A DNA stretch of 64,000 bases, taken from positions 3,617-67,616 of the forward strand of contig CAZRHR010000002.1 in the NCBI GenBank assembly GCA_964599915.1, given 5' to 3'. The DNA is from an uncultured Candidatus Competibacteraceae bacterium (lineage in GTDB: Bacteria > Bacteroidota > Bacteroidia > CAIKAF01). Position numbers and translations under genes: made by a program. The stretch's first letter is position 1. Every line of letters starts with the position of its first letter. Positions 20,077-30,300 of the stretch are shown one piece after another. The notes below the pieces were generated by a model. The model saw nothing but the letters and a program-made list of their open reading frames with translations. It was not told the origin of the DNA and ran no database searches.

Positions 20077-20402
20077 TTTCGCTTACAGATATGACCAGAA
20101 GTCAAATGCAAGATGTGGTTATTATTAAATGGCTTAGCTTAAAAAGTACCATTGAATACCTTGGTGTATGGTAAGCCTCGTACAACCCTGATTTTAATTA
20201 CACCGAATCCGGTACAATTAGAAATGGAGTAGGCAGCAATACCTTTGATTTATTTGTTAAAAACAGGATAGATGCAACCAACGTCTATTGGTCTTTCTGC
20301 AAAAGCCGGCAGATATGGTGGAACCTACGGGCACAAAGACATTGCTTTCCATGTTGGAATGTGGATTCGTGTTATACTCCTTTTTCCCTAGCCACCAACC
20401 GC

Positions 20403-21488
20403 TTACAAAAACTTATCTCCCAAAGTCAGCTTGATGTCATTGAGATAGTTTTTTATCTCCTGCTCGTCCTGCTTGCGGCATACCAACAACATGTTTTCCG
20501 ACTCTGCCACAATCATGTCGGAAAGGCCTTGAAGCACTACGAGGCGTTTACCTTGCAGGTGAATCATGCAATCTTTGGTATCATAAACCAAAATGGGCTG
20601 TCCGGCAATGGCGTTTTGGTGCTCATCTTTGGGCAATTGTTCATATAAAGAACCCCAAGTGCCTAAGTCACTCCAGCCAAAGTCGGCCATAAGCATGGCC
20701 ACATTGGTAGCTTTTTCCATGATTCCGTAATCTACGGAGATGTTGCGCACCATGGTGTATACCTGACGAAGTTTATCCTTGGCTTTAGGTGTTTCCCATA
20801 CGGTTTCCATTTCCTGAAACAAGGCCGCTTCTTCGGGCAAATACTGCTGAAATGCCTGAATAAAATCGGATGCTTTCCAAATAAAATTTCCGGAATTCCA
20901 GAAGAATTCACCCGTACTTAAAAAAGTTTCTGCCAACTCACGGTTGGGTTTTTCGGTAAAGGTTTTCACCTTCCGCACTTTGGGATGCTGAGGCACCGGC
21001 TTGGGTTCAAACTGTATGTACCCATATCCTGTGTCCGGCCTATGGGGCTTAACGCCCAAGGTCAGCAACATGGGTTGTTGGTTCACAAAATCCAAACCTT
21101 CCTTTAAGATTTGGGCAAAGGCATCTTCTCGTAAAATAAGATGATCCGCCGCGGCCACGACCAAGCAAGCATTGGGATCGGAATGATGAATGCGATAGGC
21201 GGCGAAGGCTGCACAGGGTGCCGTATTTTTACGTGCGGGCTCGGCTAAAATATGGGCTGAAGAAAGTTGAGGAAGCTGTTCGGCGACCAAATGAGCATAA
21301 TCCTCGTTAGTAACCACCCAAATATTTTCTTCGGGGCAAACCATGGCCATGCGCCTATACGTGGCTTGCAGCAAGGTTTCGCCCGTTCCTAAAATATCCA
21401 GAAACTGCTTGGGCAAATCTTTCCGTGACATCGGCCAGAACCGACTTCCCACTCCACCGGCCATAATCACGGCATGATAATGTTGCAT
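20403..21488 (-). CDS. manC: mannose-1-phosphate guanylyltransferase
   Basis: MQHYHAVIMAGGVGSRFWPMSRKDLPKQF is the nucleotidyltransferase G-loop typical of GDP-mannose pyrophosphorylase. Start placed at the ATG at 21488. Confidence 0.85.
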   Translation of the reverse strand: MQHYHAVIMAGGVGSRFWPMSRKDLPKQFLDILGTGETLLQATYRRMAMVCPEENIWVVTNEDYAHLVAEQLPQLSSAHILAEPARKNTAPCAAFAAYRIHHSDPNACLVVAAADHLILREDAFAQILKEGLDFVNQQPMLLTLGVKPHRPDTGYGYIQFEPKPVPQHPKVRKVKTFTEKPNRELAETFLSTGEFFWNSGNFIWKASDFIQAFQQYLPEEAALFQEMETVWETPKAKDKLRQVYTMVRNISVDYGIMEKATNVAMLMADFGWSDLGTWGSLYEQLPKDEHQNAIAGQPILVYDTKDCMIHLQGKRLVVLQGLSDMIVAESENMLLVCRKQDEQEIKNYLNDIKLTLGDKFL

Positions 21489-21569
21489 GGCAATCAGGTA
21501 TTGAGGTACAAACTTACATAACGCTACCACATTTCCCAACCCGGTGTAAGGTTCTTATCTAAAGAAGGG

Positions 21570-22571
21570 TTAACAAGGCGTGACCCAAATCTGGGAAGAG
21601 ACCAAAAATAGGCCTCCCGTTTTCATTTCTTCCATAAGCACGCGGGTTCTTCTTTTCTCTCGCTTTTTATACACTTTATCTTTATACATAAAGTGACTTC
21701 CTACGGGTAAAAGTTCCAAACACTGCATTCCCGTCGGCCCTGTGATGGGTACAGATTCACTTTGGGCCAATGGGGTAACTTTTAGCGTCGGCGTAATTAA
21801 AAATACTTTTCCTGTGGCGGGTTCTGCGCAGGATACTTTGGCTTGGTGCATACCGGCCCTCACCATAATGCGACCATCCGGAAGCCTAAATGCGGCGCCT
21901 TGAGGGAGTTCGCCAATGGCCAAAGGGCCTTGCGTTTGTTCTGCAGGAAAGGCATTGGGGGCTTGGGCTGGCGTGGCCTCCATGATGGCCGGCACCAAAA
22001 AAACCTTACCCGATGGATGAGCAATACATTCAAAACGTGTGCGGCGACGGCGTCCCCGTTGAAACAATCGACCATCTTTCAAAGTAAACCACTGTCCTTC
22101 ATTTACTTCTTCCACCAAAAGTCCGGGTTGCGCATTGAATTGGCGCAAGGCACGATACAATTCCGGGTCGGCGCAAGTAGAGGCGCCCGGAGCAGTCACA
22201 TGCGTCACCACTGCCATGGCCAAATCGTCTGGAAAAATGTTTTGCTCCAACCAATGGGCTAAAAGTCTTGCATACACAGCCTTCCATTCGCCGCCATGGG
22301 GCAAAACCTTGTTTTGGTATTTTTCCCAAACAAATAAATGGGCCATTTCGTGGGTAAGTGTCACCAAAAAGGCAAATGGATTTAGGTCAGCATTAATGGA
22401 AATTTCATGCTTTCCGCTCAACTGTGGGGGGCGATAATCTCCCAACTTGGTCTTCCGGGATTTGGCAATTTTCAAACGAACACGATGGGTCACCAACCAG
22501 TCGGTCACTACCGGAATGGCTTGTTCCGGAATATAATGTGCCAATTTGCGGGCCAATTCGTCTTTGGTCAT
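21570..22571 (-). CDS. SprT-like zinc metalloprotease domain protein with C-terminal triplicated ~50-aa module
   Basis: HEMAH is the HExxH motif of SprT-like proteins. The C-terminal half contains three copies of G..F.L.DGR...R......C..P.GKVFL..P...VTP. Confidence 0.55.
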   Translation of the reverse strand: MTKDELARKLAHYIPEQAIPVVTDWLVTHRVRLKIAKSRKTKLGDYRPPQLSGKHEISINADLNPFAFLVTLTHEMAHLFVWEKYQNKVLPHGGEWKAVYARLLAHWLEQNIFPDDLAMAVVTHVTAPGASTCADPELYRALRQFNAQPGLLVEEVNEGQWFTLKDGRLFQRGRRRRTRFECIAHPSGKVFLVPAIMEATPAQAPNAFPAEQTQGPLAIGELPQGAAFRLPDGRIMVRAGMHQAKVSCAEPATGKVFLITPTLKVTPLAQSESVPITGPTGMQCLELLPVGSHFMYKDKVYKKREKRRTRVLMEEMKTGGLFLVSSQIWVTPC

Positions 22572-22674
22572 GAAAAAAGGAAGGCAGTTTTAAGCCGTGA
22601 AAAATACTAAAAAGGAAGGCGCGGCTAAAAGAAAACGCTAAAAAAAGAGTTGTAACTTGTAACAAACTTCTCCG

Positions 22675-24021
22675 ATGCCAAGAACCAAGAAAAGCGCTCC
22701 GGCAACCCCAAAAATCTTTGTGCTGGACACCTCCGTCATCCTTTACAACCACACCGCTTTAACCAGTTTCGATGCCCATGACGTGGTGATTCCCATTCCC
22801 GTCCTTGAAGAACTGGACCATTTCAAAAAAGGAAATGACATCATTAATTTCGAAGCTAGGGCCTTTATCCGTACGCTAGATAATTACTCCGAAGGGCGCC
22901 CTTTAACCGATTGGATTCCGCTGAACGGCAAAGACAAAGGGCAATTTAAGGTGGCACTTGACGGTGAAACCACCCCCGATGCCTGTCAAGTTTTTGGAGA
23001 AGACAAACCGGATCACCGGATTTTAAATGCTGCGCTTCGACTGCGCAGTGAACATCCTGAGCGTAAAGTAGTTCTGGTTTCTAAAGATGTAAACCTTCGC
23101 ATCAAAGCGCGGGCATTGGATTTACAGGCCGAAGATTTTGAAACAGGTAAAATTAAACATGTCGATACCCTATACGATGGTAAGACAACGGTAGAAGGCG
23201 TTTCCGCCGTGCTCATTGAACAAATTTACCAAGAAGGGTTTGCAGGTTGGAAGGAACTGTTTAAAGAAGAGCCCATTCCACACCATTATTTTATTTTAAA
23301 GAACAGCAAATCCTCCGTCCTTTGCTATTACAATCCTTTGAGCGGTTTGTTGGAACGGGTAGAAAAAACATCGGCCTTTCAGATCAAGCCACGAAATGCG
23401 GAACAGGTGTTCGCCCTGCATGCCTTGATGAACCCTGAGGTACAATTGGTGACCATTCAAGGCGTGGCAGGTACTGGAAAAACCTTATTGGCCCTAGCAG
23501 CGGCCTTGGAACAGCGACGGAATTTCCGCCAAATCTATTTGGCCCGTCCCATTGTTCCCCTCAGCAACAAAGACCTTGGCTATTTACCCGGAGACATAAA
23601 ATCCAAGCTCAATCCCTACATGGAGCCGCTTTTCGATAACCTCAAATTCATACAATCCGGCTTCGAGGAAAAGGAAAAAGATGGAAAGAAAATCTCAGAA
23701 ATGCTGGAAAATGAAAAATTGGTCATCACGCCACTCGCCTATATCCGAGGCAGAAGTTTGTCCCATATCTTTTTTATTGTGGATGAAGCCCAAAACCTCA
23801 CCCCGCATGAAGTAAAAACCATCATTACACGTGCAGGAGAAGGCACCAAAATCATATTTTGTGGTGACATTTACCAAATTGATACGCCTTATTTAGACGC
23901 CCAATCCAATGGACTTTCCTACCTCATTGATAAAATGCACCGCCATCCCATCCACGCACATATCACACTGGAAAAGGGCGAACGCAGCGAACTTGCCAAT
24001 GTAGCCAATCAACTCCTGTAA
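22675..24021 (+). CDS. PhoH-like ATPase with N-terminal PIN domain (PhoH2/YlaK-type)
   Basis: The N-terminus has a PIN-like motif (IFVLDTSV). Walker A GVAGTGKT and Walker B IFFIVDEAQN are both present. Confidence 0.85.
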   Translation: MPRTKKSAPATPKIFVLDTSVILYNHTALTSFDAHDVVIPIPVLEELDHFKKGNDIINFEARAFIRTLDNYSEGRPLTDWIPLNGKDKGQFKVALDGETTPDACQVFGEDKPDHRILNAALRLRSEHPERKVVLVSKDVNLRIKARALDLQAEDFETGKIKHVDTLYDGKTTVEGVSAVLIEQIYQEGFAGWKELFKEEPIPHHYFILKNSKSSVLCYYNPLSGLLERVEKTSAFQIKPRNAEQVFALHALMNPEVQLVTIQGVAGTGKTLLALAAALEQRRNFRQIYLARPIVPLSNKDLGYLPGDIKSKLNPYMEPLFDNLKFIQSGFEEKEKDGKKISEMLENEKLVITPLAYIRGRSLSHIFFIVDEAQNLTPHEVKTIITRAGEGTKIIFCGDIYQIDTPYLDAQSNGLSYLIDKMHRHPIHAHITLEKGERSELANVANQLL

Positions 24022-24075
24022 AATGGAAAAACTGCCAAACTTGGAGATTCCATTCATAATCCGGTATTTTGCGAT

Positions 24076-24864
24076 ATGATACGTTGGTTCACGCTGCTCT
24101 TTTTCGCAGCCTTTTCGCTTGGAAAGGCACAGAATTTTTCCGAAAAATTTCAATCCTACCTTCAGGTCAGGGATACCCTTCGGATGGATACGTTGCTACA
24201 CCAATGGCGAAAAGAAAGTCCTGAAGACCCAGAACGGTTTGTTTGCGCATTTAACTATCAGATGCACATGGCTTTTGTCCATTGGGAAAAGCGAAAAGAC
24301 AGCCTTGTCATGTTTAAAGCATTGCCTACTTTAGACAGTGGTTTACAGCGCTTTCCAAGAAGATTAGACATGTATCTTGGAAAGGCTTATGTGTACCAGC
24401 AAATGCATTTAACCGAGCCCTTTTTACAGACTTGCCAAAGTCTGTTGGAACAGGGAAAAGCATCCAAACAAGGCTGGCAATGGAACCATGGTCAGCCCGT
24501 AAGCCACGCAGAAGACATCATCACCCAAGCCTTCCATGAATACATGGACCAAACCGATGAAAGAACACTGCAACTAAAAATCGGAGAACTTCTTTTAAAA
24601 TATTATCCAAATCATCCGCCCACCACCATTCGCGTTGCAGAGCTGCATTTTCAGGTAAAAAGTTGGGATATCGGCATTAAGCTGCTGGAAAAAGCCAGAA
24701 AAGCGCATCCGGGCCATCCTGAAATTGCCTTGCGGTTAGGCATCGCGTATGCAGAAACAGGAAAATTAAAAGAAGCTGAAAAAATGTTCAACATGGCCAT
24801 AGAATATGGATTTGGCCCTACGGCGGACGAAGCGGCAGAACGCCTCAAAAGCCTACGCCCGTGA
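24076..24864 (+). CDS. secreted TPR-like hypothetical protein
   Basis: Signal peptide MIRWFTLLFFAAFSLGKA. A TPR-like helical repeat is visible near the C-terminus. Confidence 0.45.
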   Translation: MIRWFTLLFFAAFSLGKAQNFSEKFQSYLQVRDTLRMDTLLHQWRKESPEDPERFVCAFNYQMHMAFVHWEKRKDSLVMFKALPTLDSGLQRFPRRLDMYLGKAYVYQQMHLTEPFLQTCQSLLEQGKASKQGWQWNHGQPVSHAEDIITQAFHEYMDQTDERTLQLKIGELLLKYYPNHPPTTIRVAELHFQVKSWDIGIKLLEKARKAHPGHPEIALRLGIAYAETGKLKEAEKMFNMAIEYGFGPTADEAAERLKSLRP

Positions 24865-24909
24865 ACAAAATGAGGATTTAACTTTTTACATCACGGGGGA
24901 AAATTCGCC

Positions 24910-25905
24910 ATGGAAGAGAGAAAAAAAGATCACATTTTACTGGCTTTCGAGTCGCAAACGGAAAAACCGAATCCGAGATTTTTATATGAACCCTTATTTG
25001 GTGTTCATCCTACCGGAAAGGGATTGCCTCCCCTTCCCTTCCTTGGCAAAGAAATGAAGGCTCCCATTTGGATTTCCAGCATGACCGGTGGGACGGCCAT
25101 GGCGCGCACCATCAATGAAAATTTGGCACGTGCCTGCGCTGAATTTGGTTTAGGCATGGGCTTAGGTTCTTGCCGACCCTTATTGGAAAGCAACGTAAGA
25201 TTTGAAGATTTCAACCTTCGTCCCATTTTAGGAAAAGATCGGCCCTTTTTTGCCAACTTGGGTGTGGCTCAAGTGGCCGAATTGGCCCGCAAAGGTCAGC
25301 TCCAAAAAATCACGGATATGGTAGGAAAATTAGAGGCAGATGGCCTCATTTTTCACATCAATCCGCTCCAAGAATGGCTGCAACCGGAAGGCGATGTTTT
25401 CATAGAATCCGCTGCAGATACCTTAGATAAGCTATTGGCGCACGCTCAATTTCCTGTGATTGTAAAGGAAGTTGGTCAAGGCATGGGGCCAAAAAGTTTG
25501 GCACATCTGCTTCAATTACCTTTGGCAGCCATAGATTTTGGCGCGTTTGGAGGAACCAATTTTTCAAAATTAGAATGGCTCCGGGCGCAAGACCATGAAA
25601 AGTATCATCAAAGTCCTTTTGTACACGTAGGTCACACTGCTCCGGACATGTTGGGTTTTGTGAAAGATTGTTTGGAACAAACGGGTGGTAAAACCAAGGT
25701 GCCCCACCTAATTATTTCTGGCGGAGTGAAGGATTTTCTGGAAGGTTGGGCACTTATCCAACAGGCGCCGCTTCCGGCAGTGTATGGTCAGGCTTCTGCC
25801 TTTTTGGAGTATGCGCGAGGGGAGTATCTACATTTGTCACGCTTTGTAAAAAGCCAAGTGGATGGATTGGAAATGGCGTATCGGTTTATGCGACTAAAAG
25901 AATAA
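24910..25905 (+). CDS. fni: isopentenyl-diphosphate delta-isomerase, type 2 (FMN-dependent)
   Basis: KKDHILLAFESQ, MKAPIWISSMTGG and GGTNF motifs are typical of IDI-2. Confidence 0.85.
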   Translation: MEERKKDHILLAFESQTEKPNPRFLYEPLFGVHPTGKGLPPLPFLGKEMKAPIWISSMTGGTAMARTINENLARACAEFGLGMGLGSCRPLLESNVRFEDFNLRPILGKDRPFFANLGVAQVAELARKGQLQKITDMVGKLEADGLIFHINPLQEWLQPEGDVFIESAADTLDKLLAHAQFPVIVKEVGQGMGPKSLAHLLQLPLAAIDFGAFGGTNFSKLEWLRAQDHEKYHQSPFVHVGHTAPDMLGFVKDCLEQTGGKTKVPHLIISGGVKDFLEGWALIQQAPLPAVYGQASAFLEYARGEYLHLSRFVKSQVDGLEMAYRFMRLKE

Positions 25906-25958
25906 TCATTCTTTTTCAGCAACATGCCATGCCAACCCAGCGGAAAAGCTATGTAAAA

Positions 25959-27413
25959 TCAACGAGGCTTTCCCGGTTCAAGGTCTAAGCAAATATTCTT
26001 GGGTTCTGTAAAGAAACGTAAAGCTTCCCAACCGCCTTCCCGGCCTACGCCACTTGATTTCATACCTCCAAAAGGCGTACGCAGATCGCGTACCATCCAG
26101 CAATTCACCCAAACAATGCCACATTTCACGGCGGCGGCCACACGATGAGCCCGAGATACATCGTTGGTCCAAACTTGTGCCGCCAAACCATAGGTGCTCA
26201 TGTTGGCCAAGGTTACCGCTTCTTCCTCTGTGGAAAAAGGCGTAAGGGTGACCACCGGCCCGAAAATTTCCTCCTGATTGGTTCGGCAATTCATAGGCAA
26301 TCCTTCAATGACCGTTGGAGCAAAGTAAAATCCACCACCATGGGCAACCGGATGGCCGCCACATAAAACGCTTCCCCCTTCCTCTTGCGCTAACTTCACA
26401 TAAGCAGCCACTTTCTGCTGATGGTCTTTGGACACCAATGCCCCCATAAACGCCTCCGGGTCTGTGGGTGGTAATACTTTAATGGCTTTTACTTTGGCTA
26501 CAAAATCCGCTTTAAATTTCTCAAAAATGGAGGCATGCACGAGTATGCGACTTCCACATAAGCAAATTTGACCTTGGTTGGTGAAAGCGCTACGAACCGT
26601 GGTATGTAAAGCCGCTTCATACGGCGCATCGTCAAAGATGAGGTTGGGATTTTTTCCTCCCAATTCCAATGACAACTTTTTAAACATGGGCGCCGCTGTC
26701 GCTGCAATTTGCTTTCCTGTGGACGTTCCTCCGGTGAAACTAATGGCAGGGATGTCCGGATGAGAGACCATGGCCGCACCTACACCAGCGCCTTCACCAT
26801 GGACAATGTTCAACACCCCTTTGGGGAATTGAATGTCATCGCAAATCTTTGCCAGCAAAAAAGCGGTGTAAGGTGTCACTTCAGAAGGCTTGGCCACCAC
26901 CGTGTTTCCAGCCGCAAGGGCAGGCGCAATTTTCCAGGTAAACAGATACAAGGGTAAATTCCATGGAGAAATACAACCCACCACTCCGAGGGGTTCGCGA
27001 CGCGTGTAATTGATAAACCGATCGCCTTGCAAATGGGCCTGGCTTTCAAAATGCACGATGGCGGTGGCAAAGAATTGAAAATTGGCTGCAGCCCTTGGAA
27101 TATCCACAGAACGCGTCAGCCAAAGCGGCTTGCCGGTATCTAGCATTTCGGCCTGAGCCAACTCCTCCAATCGGGCTTCAATGGCTTCGGCCAACTTGGT
27201 TAACCATTTTCCCCGTGCCTCGGCAGACAAACCCGACCAACCCGGTAAAGCCGTTTTGGCAGCTTGTACGGCGGCCGACACCTCCTCTGCTCCACCATTG
27301 GCCAAGGTCGCCAAGGTTTCTCCGGTGGCAGGATTGGTCACAGGTAGAGTTTTACCTGAAACAGAAGGGGTAAATTCACCGCCGATATAATGAAGTAAGT
27401 CAATCATGGCCAA
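25959..27413 (-). CDS. NAD(P)-dependent aldehyde dehydrogenase
   Basis: Catalytic Cys motif GQICLCGSR and Glu motif LELGGKNP. Length 484 aa. Confidence 0.9.
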   Translation of the reverse strand: MAMIDLLHYIGGEFTPSVSGKTLPVTNPATGETLATLANGGAEEVSAAVQAAKTALPGWSGLSAEARGKWLTKLAEAIEARLEELAQAEMLDTGKPLWLTRSVDIPRAAANFQFFATAIVHFESQAHLQGDRFINYTRREPLGVVGCISPWNLPLYLFTWKIAPALAAGNTVVAKPSEVTPYTAFLLAKICDDIQFPKGVLNIVHGEGAGVGAAMVSHPDIPAISFTGGTSTGKQIAATAAPMFKKLSLELGGKNPNLIFDDAPYEAALHTTVRSAFTNQGQICLCGSRILVHASIFEKFKADFVAKVKAIKVLPPTDPEAFMGALVSKDHQQKVAAYVKLAQEEGGSVLCGGHPVAHGGGFYFAPTVIEGLPMNCRTNQEEIFGPVVTLTPFSTEEEAVTLANMSTYGLAAQVWTNDVSRAHRVAAAVKCGIVWVNCWMVRDLRTPFGGMKSSGVGREGGWEALRFFTEPKNICLDLEPGKPR

Positions 27414-27418
27414 AGCAT

Positions 27419-28429
27419 TTAAGAAACATGATGGGGATGATACGCCGCTTTAAAAATTCTTTCCATGGCTTGAGGTTGTAAGCCGCGACCTATACACACA
27501 ATAAGCCCCTCAGGGAAATCGGGTAAAACCTCATTTACGGGCGTAAGGGAAGTTCTATTGCCTGTGGTTTGCAACAAACAGGGCATTTTTCCCAAAGGTT
27601 CGTCCGGCGCGACCACCCAAACAAAGCCTTTAATACGATATATCTGCTCATAATACATGACCATGGCCATGTTCAGCGTATGAAGCAATGCACGTGGATC
27701 AAAAAGGGCTTGGGGAATCAACGAAAAACTATTCATTTCGTGCGCTGCTGGAGCCGCCTGAGTCGGCAACATAAAACGTAAGGGAAATTGCAAGCGATGC
27801 TGGGGAATCACGTCCAACGGCACACGCCCCTCCGGAGCGGGATGCAAAGGCGCCAAAGGGTTAATGGACCTCAAAGTTTTCTCCAATGCTTCCGAAACAC
27901 TTTCCGTAGAGCGATTTAAAATGAGTGCATCAGCCAAGGCAATTTGTCGGTGAATTTCTCCGATGTCCTTTAACCTTGCGACCACCTGTTCTACATCAAT
28001 CACGGTAACCAATGCTTGCACCTCAAAATAAGCCGCCACATCCGGCCGGATAAATAGGGCGGCCAAACTTCCCGGATCGGCAATTCCTGTGGTTTCAATA
28101 ATGATGCGTAAAGGAGGATTTTCCAATTGGGAAACATCCGCCAACACATCGAACAAAGCTTCATTCAACGAACAGCAAATACATCCGTTGGATAATTCTT
28201 CTACCCCTTGTATGGCGCTGTACAACAACTTTCCATCAATGCCTACCTCGCCGAACTCATTTTCTATGACCAATGTTTTTTGGTCTTGAAACTGGGATAA
28301 CCAATGGTTCAAAACCGTCGTCTTGCCTGCACCCAAAAAGCCACTCAGAATGATCACCGGAATGGGACGCTTTGGGGCCGTTGGTTGCGTTGATATTTCT
28401 TCTATTTGTTCCTCCATAGGGGCATACAC
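27419..28429 (-). CDS. CobW/COG0523-family G3E GTPase (putative metallochaperone)
   Basis: P-loop GFLGAGKTT and a CxCC motif (CICC) typical of COG0523. Confidence 0.8.
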   Translation of the reverse strand: MYAPMEEQIEEISTQPTAPKRPIPVIILSGFLGAGKTTVLNHWLSQFQDQKTLVIENEFGEVGIDGKLLYSAIQGVEELSNGCICCSLNEALFDVLADVSQLENPPLRIIIETTGIADPGSLAALFIRPDVAAYFEVQALVTVIDVEQVVARLKDIGEIHRQIALADALILNRSTESVSEALEKTLRSINPLAPLHPAPEGRVPLDVIPQHRLQFPLRFMLPTQAAPAAHEMNSFSLIPQALFDPRALLHTLNMAMVMYYEQIYRIKGFVWVVAPDEPLGKMPCLLQTTGNRTSLTPVNEVLPDFPEGLIVCIGRGLQPQAMERIFKAAYHPHHVS

Positions 28430-28553
28430 AGCGCTGGTTTCGGGAAAAAGTGAAAGGATGATTTCCCGACACCCAAAGGTAGAGTTTTAGCCTTGGATTT
28501 CCCAGACAGAAGATTACGCCGCCTTTTCTAAACTGAGGAGGACCGGAAAATCA

Positions 28554-29174
28554 TCATTTTCTCTTCTGTCTTCTTTTACTGTAAGATGCCGCATGTGAAA
28601 AAATGCCAACCCTCAAAGGGGATTTCAGCATACACTTTTGCCAAAAAGCCAAAACATACAACCACTCTACGGCTTCATCGCCAACCGCCACACAACCCGT
28701 AGAAGAGGCTCCGCCATGGATATAAATGTCGGAACCGGGCGCATCCGGAAACGCGCGCGCCACATCCTCCGGACGAGGAAAATCTAACCTCATAGACAGA
28801 TGAAACCTGCTTTCTGGATTTAACCGAATCACGGTAAACCAACCTTCCGGCATTTGCCCATCGCCTTCTTTTCGTTTTGGGCCAAGGGTTCCGGAAAAAG
28901 CGGTGAGCGGAAGGGAAAAAACAAAGACGGGTGAAAATTTTCGCTGGTGATACACAAAATATCCTTCCAGTATTCTTTCACGTTTATTGACCCAAAAAAG
29001 CCAACCGGGGTCTTTCGATTGGGGTTGAAGCGATGACAAGAGACCCAAAAGGGCCTGATGCTTTTTTTGCCATGCGTTTTTGACCCGCTTCTTTTGAACA
29101 TGGCGGTAGGGCCAAGTTTGGGTAGACAGAAAAAGAGACTGAAACCAAGAAAGGGGCATGGAAAAGGACGCCAT
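28554..29174 (-). CDS. L,D-transpeptidase (YkuD) domain protein
   Basis: IHGGASSTGCVAV matches the Ldt catalytic His...Cys signature (HG..S.GC). The family call is moderately confident. Confidence 0.55.
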   Translation of the reverse strand: MASFSMPLSWFQSLFLSTQTWPYRHVQKKRVKNAWQKKHQALLGLLSSLQPQSKDPGWLFWVNKRERILEGYFVYHQRKFSPVFVFSLPLTAFSGTLGPKRKEGDGQMPEGWFTVIRLNPESRFHLSMRLDFPRPEDVARAFPDAPGSDIYIHGGASSTGCVAVGDEAVEWLYVLAFWQKCMLKSPLRVGIFSHAASYSKRRQKRK

Positions 29175-29205
29175 GTTGCAAAGTTGCCAAAAAGAAGGAC
29201 AAAAC

Positions 29206-30300
29206 TTAATTCAACGCTTTGGCCAAGGTAAAAGAAAAGGTAGAACCGCGTCCTACCAAGCTACGCACATAAATGGTCTGTCCATGCGCTTCGATCATGT
29301 GCTTTACGATGGCCAAGCCAAGTCCGGTTCCGCCCTGGTGTCGGGCACGACTTTTATCGATGCGATAAAACCTTTCAAAGAGTCGGGGTAAATGTTTTTC
29401 TTCAATCCCGGGACCGTCGTCTGTAACCTCCACCAATACCACTTCATCCATGTCATAAAAGGAGACTTTGGTGCAACCCCCTTCCTTGCCATACACAATG
29501 GAATTCATAAGTAAATTGGTCATCACCTGTTGAATGGCGTTTCGGTCGGCCATCACTTGAAAGGGCGTGGGCTCGGAATCTTTAAATTTTAAAGTTACGT
29601 CCCTTTGCCGGGCAGGAAGCTCTAGCATTTCCATGACCTGACGCACCAATTCCACAATGTCCAAGGATTCCAGAACCAGTTGCAGCCGCCCAGATTCCAA
29701 CTTATACATGGTATCTAAGTCTTCCACCAAAGAAATCATGCGTTCAATGTTGGTTTCTGCGGATCGAAGGTATTTTTCCGCAATATCTTCGTCTTTGTAT
29801 CCTCCATCGGCGAGGGTACTTACATAGCCTTGAATATTGAAAATAGGGGTTTTGAGTTCATGGGATAAATTGCCAATAAAATCGCGGCGGTAAGATTCAA
29901 GGGTTTTCAATTCTTCAATTTCGGCGCGTCGGCGGTTGGCCCAGGCAATCACCTCTTCGTTGACTTGTCCAATGACATCTCCTCCGGCACGAATGCGGGT
30001 AAGTAAACCGGGGTCTTCCGGAGAGCGGGCTTTAAGTCGATGAATGGTTTTATAAACAAGTTTAATTTTCCGGTATACAAAGGTTTCTGTAGACACACGC
30101 ACAAGCGTAAACATCAGGGGAAAAAAAACGAGGACCAGAAGTAAAACGGCCGTCCATGGCACATACCCTAAAGTGAGAAGAAATACGACGACGGCCACCA
30201 ATGAAAGGGACATGCTGGCCACGATGGCCACAAAGAGTGATAATTGGCGTGGAGAAGCGTGTTTTAAAGAAAATAAAGTGGGTAAAGGCATAGTTACCAT
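29206..30300 (-). CDS. sensor histidine kinase (two TM helices, HisKA + HATPase_c)
   Basis: H-box LSHELKTP is present. N, G1 and G2 boxes: NLLMNSIVYG, DDGPGI, GTGLGL. Confidence 0.9.
   Translation of the reverse strand: MVTMPLPTLFSLKHASPRQLSLFVAIVASMSLSLVAVVVFLLTLGYVPWTAVLLLVLVFFPLMFTLVRVSTETFVYRKIKLVYKTIHRLKARSPEDPGLLTRIRAGGDVIGQVNEEVIAWANRRRAEIEELKTLESYRRDFIGNLSHELKTPIFNIQGYVSTLADGGYKDEDIAEKYLRSAETNIERMISLVEDLDTMYKLESGRLQLVLESLDIVELVRQVMEMLELPARQRDVTLKFKDSEPTPFQVMADRNAIQQVMTNLLMNSIVYGKEGGCTKVSFYDMDEVVLVEVTDDGPGIEEKHLPRLFERFYRIDKSRARHQGGTGLGLAIVKHMIEAHGQTIYVRSLVGRGSTFSFTLAKALN

Noticed and set aside
20361-20648. 95-aa plus-strand ORF (GTG start)
   Set aside because: Lies entirely antisense to the well-supported manC gene, so it is a typical shadow ORF.
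22099-22437. Several 70-140-aa ORFs in both orientations inside the SprT-like gene, and similar sets inside ftsZ, murE, ftsA and the aldehyde dehydrogenase
   Set aside because: All are embedded in or antisense to long ORFs with clear family motifs. They were treated as spurious.
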